Of a stretch of 64,000 bases of DNA, positions 56,055 through 64,000 are shown piece by piece. The stretch spans positions 1,851 through 65,850 of the forward strand of contig JANPLG010000124.1 of assembly GCA_031426395.1 (NCBI GenBank), written 5' to 3'. Positions within the stretch are counted from its first letter, which is position 1, and every line of letters starts with the position of its first letter. Both the position numbers and the translations under genes were made by a program. The DNA comes from Actinomycetes bacterium (GTDB taxonomy: Bacteria; Armatimonadota; SYMT01). The notes under the pieces are model-generated. The model did not search any database and was not told where the DNA came from. It worked only from the letters and a program-made list of their open reading frames with translations.

Positions 56055-56576
56055 CTAACACCAGGCGCTTTCCGGTATTTCGTGCGGAGAGCGGGCGCGG
56101 CGGAGGAGGGCGACCAGTGTCTCCAGCTCTTCTCCGGTCAGGTGACCCAACTGGCGGAAATGGCAGTCTTGGACGGCGGTGTCGAGCTCTTGGAGCAGCG
56201 TGGCGCCTTCCGGCGTGAGGCCGACGGTGACGGTGCGCCGGTCTCCGGGCAGCCGGCCGCGATCCACCAGCCCCCGGTCTTCCAGGCGGTCGAGCATACG
56301 GGTGATATCCGGCGCACGGGAGATCAGCTTGCCCCCCAGAACGAGCGTGGGGAGGCGCTCCGGCTGGGCCGCGCGAAGGAGCCGCAGCACGTTGTACTGC
56401 TGCGCGGTCAGCTCATAGCGCGCGAAAAGCTCGTCCTCCAGGGCGCGGAGGCGGTCGTAGGTGCGCCAGAGGCTGAGGTAGGCCTCTTGCTCCAGGGAGT
56501 CGAAGCGCGCGGCGCGTGGGAGCTTCTCTTTGGACAGGGTGATCACGTGACGATTATTGCACGTTTGAACAAGCAT
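56055..56576 (-). CDS. MarR family transcriptional regulator
   Basis: Winged-helix block LTAQQYNVLRLL...ISRAPDITRMLDRLEDRGLVDRGRLPGDRRTV. Confidence 0.85.
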   Translation of the reverse strand: MLVQTCNNRHVITLSKEKLPRAARFDSLEQEAYLSLWRTYDRLRALEDELFARYELTAQQYNVLRLLRAAQPERLPTLVLGGKLISRAPDITRMLDRLEDRGLVDRGRLPGDRRTVTVGLTPEGATLLQELDTAVQDCHFRQLGHLTGEELETLVALLRRARSPHEIPESAWC

Positions 56577-56618
56577 TGTCCAAACGAGTTCCGAGCATCG
56601 GGCTCGGAGACGGTCTGT

Positions 56619-57452
56619 CTATCGGCTGGAGCGTGTAGAGATGGGTTGTCGCTTGAAGAGAAGCAACACATCTGACCGATTCAATCTGATTGCCACTTCC
56701 ATAGCAGACTCCCCTCCGGCAGGTCGTAGCCGTGGGTCGGCCCGGTGATCAAGGAGGAGCTTGATGTATCGAATGTCGACTTCGGGTCTTGCGGTCACCC
56801 GAGTCAGAGGGGTGTGAGCCTTGCTTACCCCATTTGGGTCGGCTCCGTGCGCCAGAAGCCACTTGGCAGCCTCCGGCTTGTCTCTCGTGCATGCTTCGGT
56901 GAGCGGGAAGCCAAAACGGCAAGGGCGGTTAACGTTTGCGCCACGTTGCAGAAGACCCTCGCACGCTTCCACGTTGCCGACGTGCGCAGCCAAGTAGAGT
57001 GCAGACCTTCCCCATCCGTCCCAGCAGTCCACCGGGATGCCTAGCCTCAACAATGAGTCCGTTTCCCTCCAATTCGCACCTGCCGCCACAAAGACAAACC
57101 GGCTGTTGAAGCCGGCGCGAATCCACTTGGACGACTCGATCCCGACGCCGACGAGGGTCAGAGCCACGAGTATCTTGATCCACTTGTTTATGCTGGCTCT
57201 CTTCGGAAGCATCGTGTCGCTACGATCGGTCCCTGGCCTGATGCTAACTAAAGTGACGCATTGCACCGCCGCAAGGTTTGCCTTGCCGGGGCGCGGACAC
57301 CAGGGACGGCGCCAATCTGAGGATAAGCCCTCGGATTGGGTAATATCTTCCGAATGTTCGTGAGCAGAGTGCTGTCGGCGACGCGGAGCGGAATCGAAGT
57401 TGCTGGCGTGACACGCCAATATGCGCTTGACGCTATTAGCGTAACGCGCCAA
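56619..57452 (-). CDS. Ankyrin-repeat protein (probably membrane-anchored or secreted) in a low-GC islet
   Basis: Three to four ANK repeats (GRSALYLAAHVGNVEACEGLLQRGANVN; LTEACTRDKPEAAKWLLAHGADPN; ...). GC is visibly lower than flanks. A likely shorter start is MLPKRASINKW (57212). Confidence 0.65.
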   Translation of the reverse strand: MARYANSVKRILACHASNFDSAPRRRQHSAHEHSEDITQSEGLSSDWRRPWCPRPGKANLAAVQCVTLVSIRPGTDRSDTMLPKRASINKWIKILVALTLVGVGIESSKWIRAGFNSRFVFVAAGANWRETDSLLRLGIPVDCWDGWGRSALYLAAHVGNVEACEGLLQRGANVNRPCRFGFPLTEACTRDKPEAAKWLLAHGADPNGVSKAHTPLTRVTARPEVDIRYIKLLLDHRADPRLRPAGGESAMEVAIRLNRSDVLLLFKRQPISTRSSR

Positions 57453-57640
57453 TCTTATGGCGTGATTGTCTCATTCGGAGACCGCGAGACGGAGAACCTG
57501 CCGTGCCTGTCCCCGTGAAGTTCAAGCTCGTGCCTTGGCCAAGCTGGAAAGTCTCCACGACGCAAGGTCCCTGCAGCAACTCCGCCGGCGAAACCGAGCA
57601 TCTTGAGTTAGCCAACCACATAAGGCCCTAGGAGCATCGA
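57336..57640 (+). pseudogene. Possible degraded higB (RelE/ParE-fold toxin) upstream of higA
   Basis: Frame-shifted fragments resembling HigB blocks (LAKLESLHDARSLQQL; ...SFGDRETENL...) spread over three frames. No intact ORF. Confidence 0.2.
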
Positions 57641-57641
57641 T

Positions 57642-58040
57642 ATGGCATACACGGACGACCTATCTCAGCCTGTTCCCACGCCCCCCCATCCGGGCGAGTA
57701 TCTCCGAGAAGAGTTCCTGAATGAACTCGGGATCACATCGTATCGCCTTGCAAAGGACATCGGCGTTGACCCAACCCGCGTTTCCCAGATCCTCGCCGGC
57801 AAGAGGGCCATCTCAGCCGATACATCTCTGCGTCTTGCACGCTACTTCGGAACGGACGATGGCTTTTGGGTGCGGCTGCAGGCGAATCACGACCTGCGGC
57901 TGGCTCGCCGCAGTTTAGGGGAGGAACTGGATCGCATCACACCCTTCCCGCGCCCTGATCTAGAGGAACGGTTCGACGATGGGACCGGAGAAACAGGGTT
58001 AGCAGAATCTCTGGAACCCGAACTCGTCGTCGCGGCCTAA
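57642..58040 (+). CDS. higA: HigA-family antitoxin (XRE-type HTH)
   Basis: PGEYLREEFLNELGITSYRLAKDIGVDPTRVSQILAGKRAISADTSLRLARYFGTDDGFWVRLQANHDL is a canonical HigA signature. Confidence 0.8.
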   Translation: MAYTDDLSQPVPTPPHPGEYLREEFLNELGITSYRLAKDIGVDPTRVSQILAGKRAISADTSLRLARYFGTDDGFWVRLQANHDLRLARRSLGEELDRITPFPRPDLEERFDDGTGETGLAESLEPELVVAA

Positions 58041-58218
58041 TGGGAGAGTGAAGCAGGACCACCCTAACGCGTTGATGCGTCGCTTAACCGAAGGGTCACC
58101 CATGCAGTAACCAGGTCGTGGGGATTCTGCCTGGCAAAGGACAAGCCGTCGTTTTGAGTGGTATCCTCCGCCGAGAAGGCAACCACTCCCCACCCACGCA
58201 GAGAAGGCAGGCTCCACG

Positions 58219-59118
58219 ATGAACCCCGATGGCCCAGGCGTCCCACCCGAAGCAATCGACGCTTACAACCTGTACATCCACGGCAAGATCGACCGCCGGT
58301 CGTTCCTCGACCGCGTACGGACCGTGGCCGCCTCGACGATTGCCGCCTGTGCCATTGTCGACCAGCTCATGCCGAACTACGCGGCGGCACAGCAGGTGCC
58401 CACCAACGACCCGCGCCTGAAGACGGAGTACGTGACCATCCCCTCCCCGCAGGGGACCGGCAGCATCAAGGGCTACCTGGTGCGTCCAGCCAACGCCGGT
58501 ACCAAGAAGCTGCCGAGCATCCTGGTGGTCCATGAGAACCGGGGCCTCAACCCGCACATCGAGGACCTCGCGCGGCGGTTCGGCCTGGAGAACTTCATGG
58601 CGCTGGCGCCGGACGGCCTGACCTCCGTGGGCGGCTACCCGGGCAACGACGAGAAGGGCGGCGAGCTGTTCCGGCAGGTCGACCGCGCCAAGATGGCGGA
58701 GGACCTCCACGCCGCGGCCGTGTGGCTGAAGTCACGGCGGGAGGACAGCACGGGCAAGCTGGGCGTGACCGGTTTCTGCTTCGGCGGAGGCATCGCCAAC
58801 GGGCTGGCGGTTCGGATGGGCGCCGGTCTGGCAGCGGCCGTGCCGTTCTACGGCTCCGCGCCGCCGCTGGAAGAAGTGCCGAAGATCAAGGCGGCCGTGC
58901 TGGTCCATCATGGGGAGACGGACGCGCGCCTGGTGGCCGCGTGGCCAGCCTATGAGGCCGCGCTCAAGGCGGCGGGCGTCACCTACGAGGGCCACATCTA
59001 TCCCGGCGCCGGCCACGGCTTTAACAATGACGCCACCCCGGCGCGCTACAACAAGGCCGCGGCGGACCTGGCTTGGAAGCGCACCGTGGCCTGGTTCAAC
59101 AAGTACGTTCGGGGATAA
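58219..59118 (+). CDS. Dienelactone hydrolase family protein (Tat-signal)
   Basis: RRSFLDRVRTVAA Tat motif. DLH blocks ILVVHENRGLNPHIEDLARR and GVTGFCFGGG nucleophile elbow. Confidence 0.8.
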   Translation: MNPDGPGVPPEAIDAYNLYIHGKIDRRSFLDRVRTVAASTIAACAIVDQLMPNYAAAQQVPTNDPRLKTEYVTIPSPQGTGSIKGYLVRPANAGTKKLPSILVVHENRGLNPHIEDLARRFGLENFMALAPDGLTSVGGYPGNDEKGGELFRQVDRAKMAEDLHAAAVWLKSRREDSTGKLGVTGFCFGGGIANGLAVRMGAGLAAAVPFYGSAPPLEEVPKIKAAVLVHHGETDARLVAAWPAYEAALKAAGVTYEGHIYPGAGHGFNNDATPARYNKAAADLAWKRTVAWFNKYVRG

Positions 59119-59130
59119 CGACCGGTCAGT

Positions 59131-59175
59131 CAATTTCGAATTTCGGATTTCGAGTTTCGAATTGGCAGGCAGGTC
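59131..59175. repeat. CAATT-(TCGNATT)n-GGCAGG heptamer repeat element
   Basis: caatttcgaatttcggatttcgagtttcgaattggcaggcagg. Confidence 0.7.
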
Positions 59176-59411
59176 AGCTCTAGACGGGCGTTGGTCCCGT
59201 CTCTCCATCCCTCAATCTCGCCTTCTCTCAATCTCATCCTGACCGGTCACCCAAGTGCGGATTTCGGCTTCGGGGCACCTGGAAAGCCGGTGTCGTTGTC
59301 GGCATTCGGAAGGTGGGTGCGGGCGGGACGCCCGCGTTCCGTGGACCCTCACGCAGATTGGCGCTATCTCCCGTCTTTGAGCGGGGGATAGCGCCTGCTC
59401 GCTCACCTGGC

Positions 59412-59618
59412 TCAGAGGACGCCGAAGAGGCCGCGCTGCTGCAGGACCACCGCCCCGAGCGCCAGTAAGAGGAAGAGGACACCCATGGCGACCGCGCACC
59501 CAGGTGCCAATTGGGAGCCGAAGAAGAGCGACATGGCGTGGGACATCTCCGTCCGCTGCGCGATCAGGTAGACCCCGATCCCCACGAAGAGCAGCACCCC
59601 GATTGCGAAGAGGATCAT
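59412..59618 (-). CDS. Small two-TM membrane protein (hypothetical)
   Basis: MILFAIGVLLFVGIGVYLIAQ...AVAMGVLFLLLALGAVVLQ. No homology recognised. Confidence 0.3.
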   Translation of the reverse strand: MILFAIGVLLFVGIGVYLIAQRTEMSHAMSLFFGSQLAPGCAVAMGVLFLLLALGAVVLQQRGLFGVL

Positions 59619-60080
59619 CGGCCGTTTCTCATGTTGACTACAGCGCGCACGTCCGCTGGGCACCTGGTGCTGCGTAAGGCCCCTTCGTATCACCGTTGCG
59701 GCAAGTGGTTGTAAATCGCTGGGTCAACTGTAACCTGCTGAGTCAATCAGTGCCGGGCGCATCTCGATTTGACGCTCGGCCTCATGCTCGGGCCGCGCTG
59801 TGCCAGTGCTGGCGGCATCCGGCGGGTTTTCAGCCTCATCGAGCTATGCAGCATGGCGTCCATCGGTTGTCCAGGCACCGGCGCGGCTTGCTCGTCGATG
59901 ACCGCTCCTTCACCGGACGCGGGGCGGGTAGGTGGAGACGGAGAGCCGGATGAACGCCTCCAGCCAATCCGCAATTGATTGGCAGGAGACCGTGCGGGTG
60001 GCCGTCGAAGCGACCGTTGGTGCGCCGTGGCGATCTCGACTTTGGCGCACGTGAATTGCGAATCAGAGGCGGGGAGCGAT

Positions 60081-61883
60081 ATGTCAATGGATACCGCGAC
60101 GGATCCTGGGATCGGCGAGCCGTCTCGCCTCTTCGGCGTGGGGCGTGGTGGGTTCACCACGCGGCCAGTCATCGCCGGTCGCCGGGGCGTGGTGACCGCC
60201 GGCCACTACCTCGCCGCTGAGGCCGGGATGTCGATCCTTCGTGCGGGCGGTAACGCCATCGACGCGGGCGTGGCCACCGGCTTCTGCCTCGCCATCCTGG
60301 AGCCGCAAAGCAACGGCATCGGCGGCGAGAGTCCGATGCTGATCCACCACGCGCGTTCCGGACGGACGGTGTCGCTGAACGGCCAGGGCACTGCGCCGGC
60401 TGCCGCCACCCTGGAGGCGTTCCAGTCCCGCGGCATCTCCCTCATCCCCGGCGATGGCCTCCTCGCCGCCACCGTTCCCAGCCAGGTGAGCAACTGGATC
60501 CTCGCGCTGGAGGAGTTCGGCACGCTCTCGCTGGGCCAGGTGCTGGCCCCCGCCCTGGAGTTGGCCTGGGAGGGCTATCCCGCCTACCACCAGCTCCGGC
60601 GCTGCCTCCAGGCGAATGAGCAGCGCTTCCGCGAGGAGTGGCCCGGCTCCGCTGCCCTCTACCTGCCGGAGGGGCGGCTGCCGGAGTGGGGCGACCCGAT
60701 CCGCTACCCGGAGTGGGCGGCCACCTTTGAGAGCCTCGCCCGCGCCGAGCGGGACGCCCAACACCGGGGCCGATCCGCAGGGCTGGACGCGGCGCGCGAC
60801 CACTTCTACCGTGGCCCCGTCGCGGAACGGATTGCGGAGTTCTGCCGCTCGGAGCGCTTTAGGGACGCGTCCGGCCAGGAGAATGGCGGCCTCCTCGCCT
60901 TCGAGGACTTGGCCGGGTACCGCAGTCGCCTGGAGGAAGCGACGACCCTCGAGTACCACGGCCTCACCGTGCACAAGTGCGGCCCCTGGAGCCAGGGTCC
61001 CGTCTTCCTCCAGCAGCTCGCCCTTCTGGAAGGGTGGGACCTGAAGCCGCTGGGTCACAACTCCGCCGACTACATCCACCTGCTCACGGAGTGCGCCAAG
61101 CTCGCCTTCGCCGACCGCGAGTACTACTACGGGGACCCCGATTTCGTCTCCGTCCCGATGGACCGGCTGCTGAGCAAGGAGTACTCCGCGGAGCGTCAGG
61201 CGCTGGTCGACTCCGCGCGCGCCAGCCTCGCGCTGCGGCCCGGAGACGTGGCCCCCCGCCCCATGAAGCTGATCCTGGGTGACGAGCGCAGCTACAACGG
61301 CGACACCACCCACCTCGACGTCATCGACGCCGAGGGGAACATGATCGCCGCTACGCCCAGCGGCGGCTGGATTCAGAGCAGCCCCGTGATCCCCGGCCTC
61401 GGCTTCCCGCTTGGGACTCGAGCCCAGATGTTCAGCCTGGACCCCGCTCACCCCAACCGCGTCGCGCCTGGAAAGCGGCCCCGGACCACGCTCACCCCCA
61501 GCCTGGTGCTGAAGGAGAGAGCGCCGTGGATGGTCTTCGGCACCCCCGGCGGCGACCAGCAGGACCAGTGGACCCTGCAGTTCTTCCTCAACGTCGCGGA
61601 CTGGGGCATGGGCATCCAGGAAGCCCTGGACGCTCCGACCTTCCACAGTCAGCACTTCCCCAGCAGTTTCTACCCCCGCGCCCAGTATCCCGGCCGGCTG
61701 GAGGTCGAGGCTCGCATCCCGCTCGCGGTCCGCGCGGAGCTGGAGCGGCGCGGGCACGAGATTGTGGAGGTAGGCGATTGGGCCAATGGCCGCGTCCTGG
61801 CCATCCGCGCCGACCGGGAGCGGGGCCTAATCTTCGGCGGCGCCTCCCCGCGCGGCGAGACCGCTTACGCCATCGGCTGGTAA
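60081..61883 (+). CDS. ggt: Gamma-glutamyltranspeptidase
   Basis: GGNAIDAGVAT...GIGGE N-terminal block and autoproteolytic/nucleophile site GDTTHLDVID. Start MSMDTATD with RBS ggggag; the ORF track gives 59979. Confidence 0.85.
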   Translation: MSMDTATDPGIGEPSRLFGVGRGGFTTRPVIAGRRGVVTAGHYLAAEAGMSILRAGGNAIDAGVATGFCLAILEPQSNGIGGESPMLIHHARSGRTVSLNGQGTAPAAATLEAFQSRGISLIPGDGLLAATVPSQVSNWILALEEFGTLSLGQVLAPALELAWEGYPAYHQLRRCLQANEQRFREEWPGSAALYLPEGRLPEWGDPIRYPEWAATFESLARAERDAQHRGRSAGLDAARDHFYRGPVAERIAEFCRSERFRDASGQENGGLLAFEDLAGYRSRLEEATTLEYHGLTVHKCGPWSQGPVFLQQLALLEGWDLKPLGHNSADYIHLLTECAKLAFADREYYYGDPDFVSVPMDRLLSKEYSAERQALVDSARASLALRPGDVAPRPMKLILGDERSYNGDTTHLDVIDAEGNMIAATPSGGWIQSSPVIPGLGFPLGTRAQMFSLDPAHPNRVAPGKRPRTTLTPSLVLKERAPWMVFGTPGGDQQDQWTLQFFLNVADWGMGIQEALDAPTFHSQHFPSSFYPRAQYPGRLEVEARIPLAVRAELERRGHEIVEVGDWANGRVLAIRADRERGLIFGGASPRGETAYAIGW

Positions 61884-61904
61884 CTATCGGGATTGGGTCG
61901 AACT

Positions 61905-63044
61905 ATGGAAACCATCGGCATCGGCATCATCGGCAGCGGGTTCATCGCGGAGATCCACGCGGAGGCGCTCCGCACCGTGCCGGGCGCGCGCATCGCGGCG
62001 GTCGCTTCTCCCACCGAGGGGAAGGCTGCGGCGTTCGCGGCGAAGCATGGAGTCCCCCATGCCTACACGGACTACCGCGCGCTCCTGGATAGGCCGGATG
62101 TCCAGATCGTCAGCCTCTGTCTCCCGAACGACCGCCACTGCGAAGCCACGGAGGCCGCTGCTGCCGCCGGCAAGCACGTCATCTGCGAGAAGCCGCTCTG
62201 CGTCACCCCGGCGGAGGCCGACCGCATGATCGACGCCTGCCGCCGCGCCGGGGTGAAGCTGATGTATGCGGAGGAGCTCTGCTTCACGCCCAAGTACGTC
62301 CGCGCCAAGCAACTGGTCGACGACGGCGCGCTGGGTGAGATCTACCTGGTCAAGCAGAGCGAGAAGCACGACGGCCCCCACGCGCCCTGGTTCTGGGACG
62401 TGCAGCGCTCCGGTGGCGGGGTGGCGCTGGACATGGGGTGCCACGCCGTGGAGTTCTTCCGCTGGATGCTGGGCGCTCCCGGCGGCGGCCGGCGTCTCAT
62501 CACCAGCGTCTACGCCCAGATGGGCACCCACGTCCACCGGGACAAGACGGAAGGCGAGGACAACGCTCTCCTGATCCTGGAGTTCGAAGGGGGAGCGGTC
62601 GGCATGGCGGAGGAGAGCTGGAGCAAGCCGGGCGGCATGGACGACCGCGCCGAAGTGTACGGAAGCAAAGGCCAGACCTACGCCGACCTCCTCCACGGCA
62701 ACGCCCTGGAGACGTTCAGCCAGGTCGGCTACGGCTACGCGGTGGAGAAGGCGGGCAGCACCCAGGGCTGGAGCTTCACCATGTTCGAGGAACTCTGGAA
62801 CTACGGCTTCCCCCAGGAGCTGGCGCACTTCGTTGAGTGCGTCCGGCACGACCGCCAGCCCCTGGTCACCGGCGAGGACGGCAAGGCGGTGCTGGAGGCG
62901 CTCTGGGCCGCCTACGAGAGCGCCCGCACCGGCTGCAAGGTCGCGCTCCCCTTCACGCCCCCCGCCTGGGCTGAGAAGCCCATCCACCTTTGGAAACCCT
63001 GGCTGGCACCCGATTGTCCCGAGGAATTCAAGCACAACTGCTAA
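61905..63044 (+). CDS. Gfo/Idh/MocA family NAD(P)-dependent oxidoreductase
   Basis: IGIGIIGSGFIAEIHAEAL Rossmann start, EKPLC motif and a C-terminal alpha/beta domain. Confidence 0.85.
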   Translation: METIGIGIIGSGFIAEIHAEALRTVPGARIAAVASPTEGKAAAFAAKHGVPHAYTDYRALLDRPDVQIVSLCLPNDRHCEATEAAAAAGKHVICEKPLCVTPAEADRMIDACRRAGVKLMYAEELCFTPKYVRAKQLVDDGALGEIYLVKQSEKHDGPHAPWFWDVQRSGGGVALDMGCHAVEFFRWMLGAPGGGRRLITSVYAQMGTHVHRDKTEGEDNALLILEFEGGAVGMAEESWSKPGGMDDRAEVYGSKGQTYADLLHGNALETFSQVGYGYAVEKAGSTQGWSFTMFEELWNYGFPQELAHFVECVRHDRQPLVTGEDGKAVLEALWAAYESARTGCKVALPFTPPAWAEKPIHLWKPWLAPDCPEEFKHNC

Positions 63045-63156
63045 GGTTGGAGGTGCCGCCCCTTCACTGCACCGAAGTCCTTGCGTAGAAAACCACCCTT
63101 GACCCACGCAGAACTTGCGTAGTTTAGCGGGTATAATCTACGCACGGGGGTAGAGG

Positions 63157-64000
63157 CCGTGACGACCTACATCCATGAACAGGACGATTGGCCCGCTTTT
63201 CGTTGGGATTGGGCCGCCCTCCATGAGCCTCTGGCCGAGGCACGTCTTCGACAAGGAATCCTCATCGGAAAGATGGAGACCTTGGGGTTTGAGTTCCAGG
63301 AAGAAAGTCTGCTTGAGGCCTTAACTGAGGATGTCCAGAAGTCAAGCGAGATCGAAGGAGAACGGCTGGATCGGGAACTGGTGCGCTCTTCCGTCGCCCG
63401 ACGCCTGGGGATGGACACAGCGGCCGTGGCACCCGTGGATCGGAATGTGGACGGGATCGTCGAGATGGCCCTCGACGCCACCCAGCAGTACGGAAGCCCG
63501 TTGACTGCCGAACGGTTGTACGGTTGGCACGCCGCGCTCTTTCCCACAGGCTACAGCGGTATCCATCCCATCAAGGTGGGCGGGTGGCGCGACGACCGCG
63601 AGGGCCCCATGCAGGTCGTCTCGGAGCGGCGAATCGGTGCCTATCGCCGGGTGCACTTCCAGGCTCCCGCCGCATCCAGGCTGGACGAGGAGATGAAGGC
63701 GTTTATCGCCTGGTTCGAAGCTCCCGATGGCATGGATGCGGTCCTGAAGGCTTCCCTTGCCCACCTCTGGTTTGTCACCGTCCACCCCTTCGAAGATGGG
63801 AACGGCAGGATCGCACGCGCGCTAGCCGATATGGCTCTCGCACGCTCGGAGCGCTCGAGGATGCGCTTCTACAGCATGTCGGCGCAGATTCGGATCGAAC
63901 GGGACGACTACTATGACGTGCTGGAACAGACGCAGAAGGGGAGCCTGGACGTCACGGGGTGGATGGCGTGGTTCCTGGGCTGCCTGAAGCGCGCGATCGA
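63157..64000 (+). CDS. Fic/DOC family protein (partial, runs off the window end)
   Basis: HPFEDGNGRIARA Fic motif. GTG start preceded by ggggtagagg RBS and a tataat -10 box at 63131. Confidence 0.8.

Noticed and set aside
15545-59990. Possibility that the tandem hexamer and heptamer arrays are CRISPR arrays
   Set aside because: Units are contiguous with no unique spacers, unit length is 6-9 nt rather than 28-37, and no cas genes are present.
60084-63107. Minus-strand ORFs of 557 aa and 407 aa
   Set aside because: Antisense to ggt and the Gfo/Idh/MocA oxidoreductase, both of which have clear family motifs.
1-64000. tRNA or rRNA genes
   Set aside because: Scanned by eye for T-loop (GGTTCGAATCC-like) and rRNA signatures on both strands and found none. 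This cannot exclude a divergent tRNA; tRNAscan would settle it.

Overview
High-GC (~65-68%) bacterial chromosomal window. Most of it is housekeeping or ordinary accessory genes, all called from the translations by motif recognition. Identified genes include thrS, recF, a ccmB-C-D-E-F cytochrome c maturation (System I) cluster, purE-purK, acs, gdh, yggS-sepF-proC, ggt, an M16 peptidase, a cation/proton antiporter, a flavin halogenase-family enzyme with marR, a DUF1501 + PSCyt/DUF1549/DUF1553 pair, a FecR + CHASE2-adenylate cyclase pair and a partial Fic gene. No rRNA, tRNA or CRISPR was recognised by eye. Three things stand out. (1) A 1726-aa secreted protein (5049-10229, minus strand) has a Secretin_N-like module, long coiled-coil regions and a clear C-terminal secretin pore domain. 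It is about twice the size of known secretins and has no pilus or T2SS/T3SS genes next to it. (2) The window is saturated with short hairpin-forming repeat families. These are AAGTTCCTAATC...(TAGGAT/TAAGAG)n hairpin elements, CAATTG-(CGGATTN)n-GGGAGACGG heptamer arrays, (GGGAGNG/CTCCCTCGC)n arrays, a (CACTCACC)9 microsatellite and a GTAGGGCACGCTCGCCGCAGCGTGCC palindromic REP. Several copies are inserted in-frame inside conserved genes (purK, recF, a DUF1501 protein, a PSCyt protein, an FAD protein). (3) The Ccm cluster carries a CcmE with Cys in place of the heme-binding His (CXXXY variant), and the CcmE gene is bracketed by two copies of the TAGGAT hairpin element. Smaller points are two low-GC islets (a 14407-15135 unknown protein; ankyrin + higA with degraded higB), an IS630 transposase remnant, two tandem paralogous membrane proteins of unknown family, and two pairs of ~100-nt conserved non-coding elements. 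Taxon is uncertain; sepF-proC linkage, a Gly-rich RRM protein and PSCyt/DUF1501 suggest a Terrabacteria/Armatimonadota-like lineage, not more. Long ORFs antisense to real genes are abundant, as expected at this GC, and were rejected.
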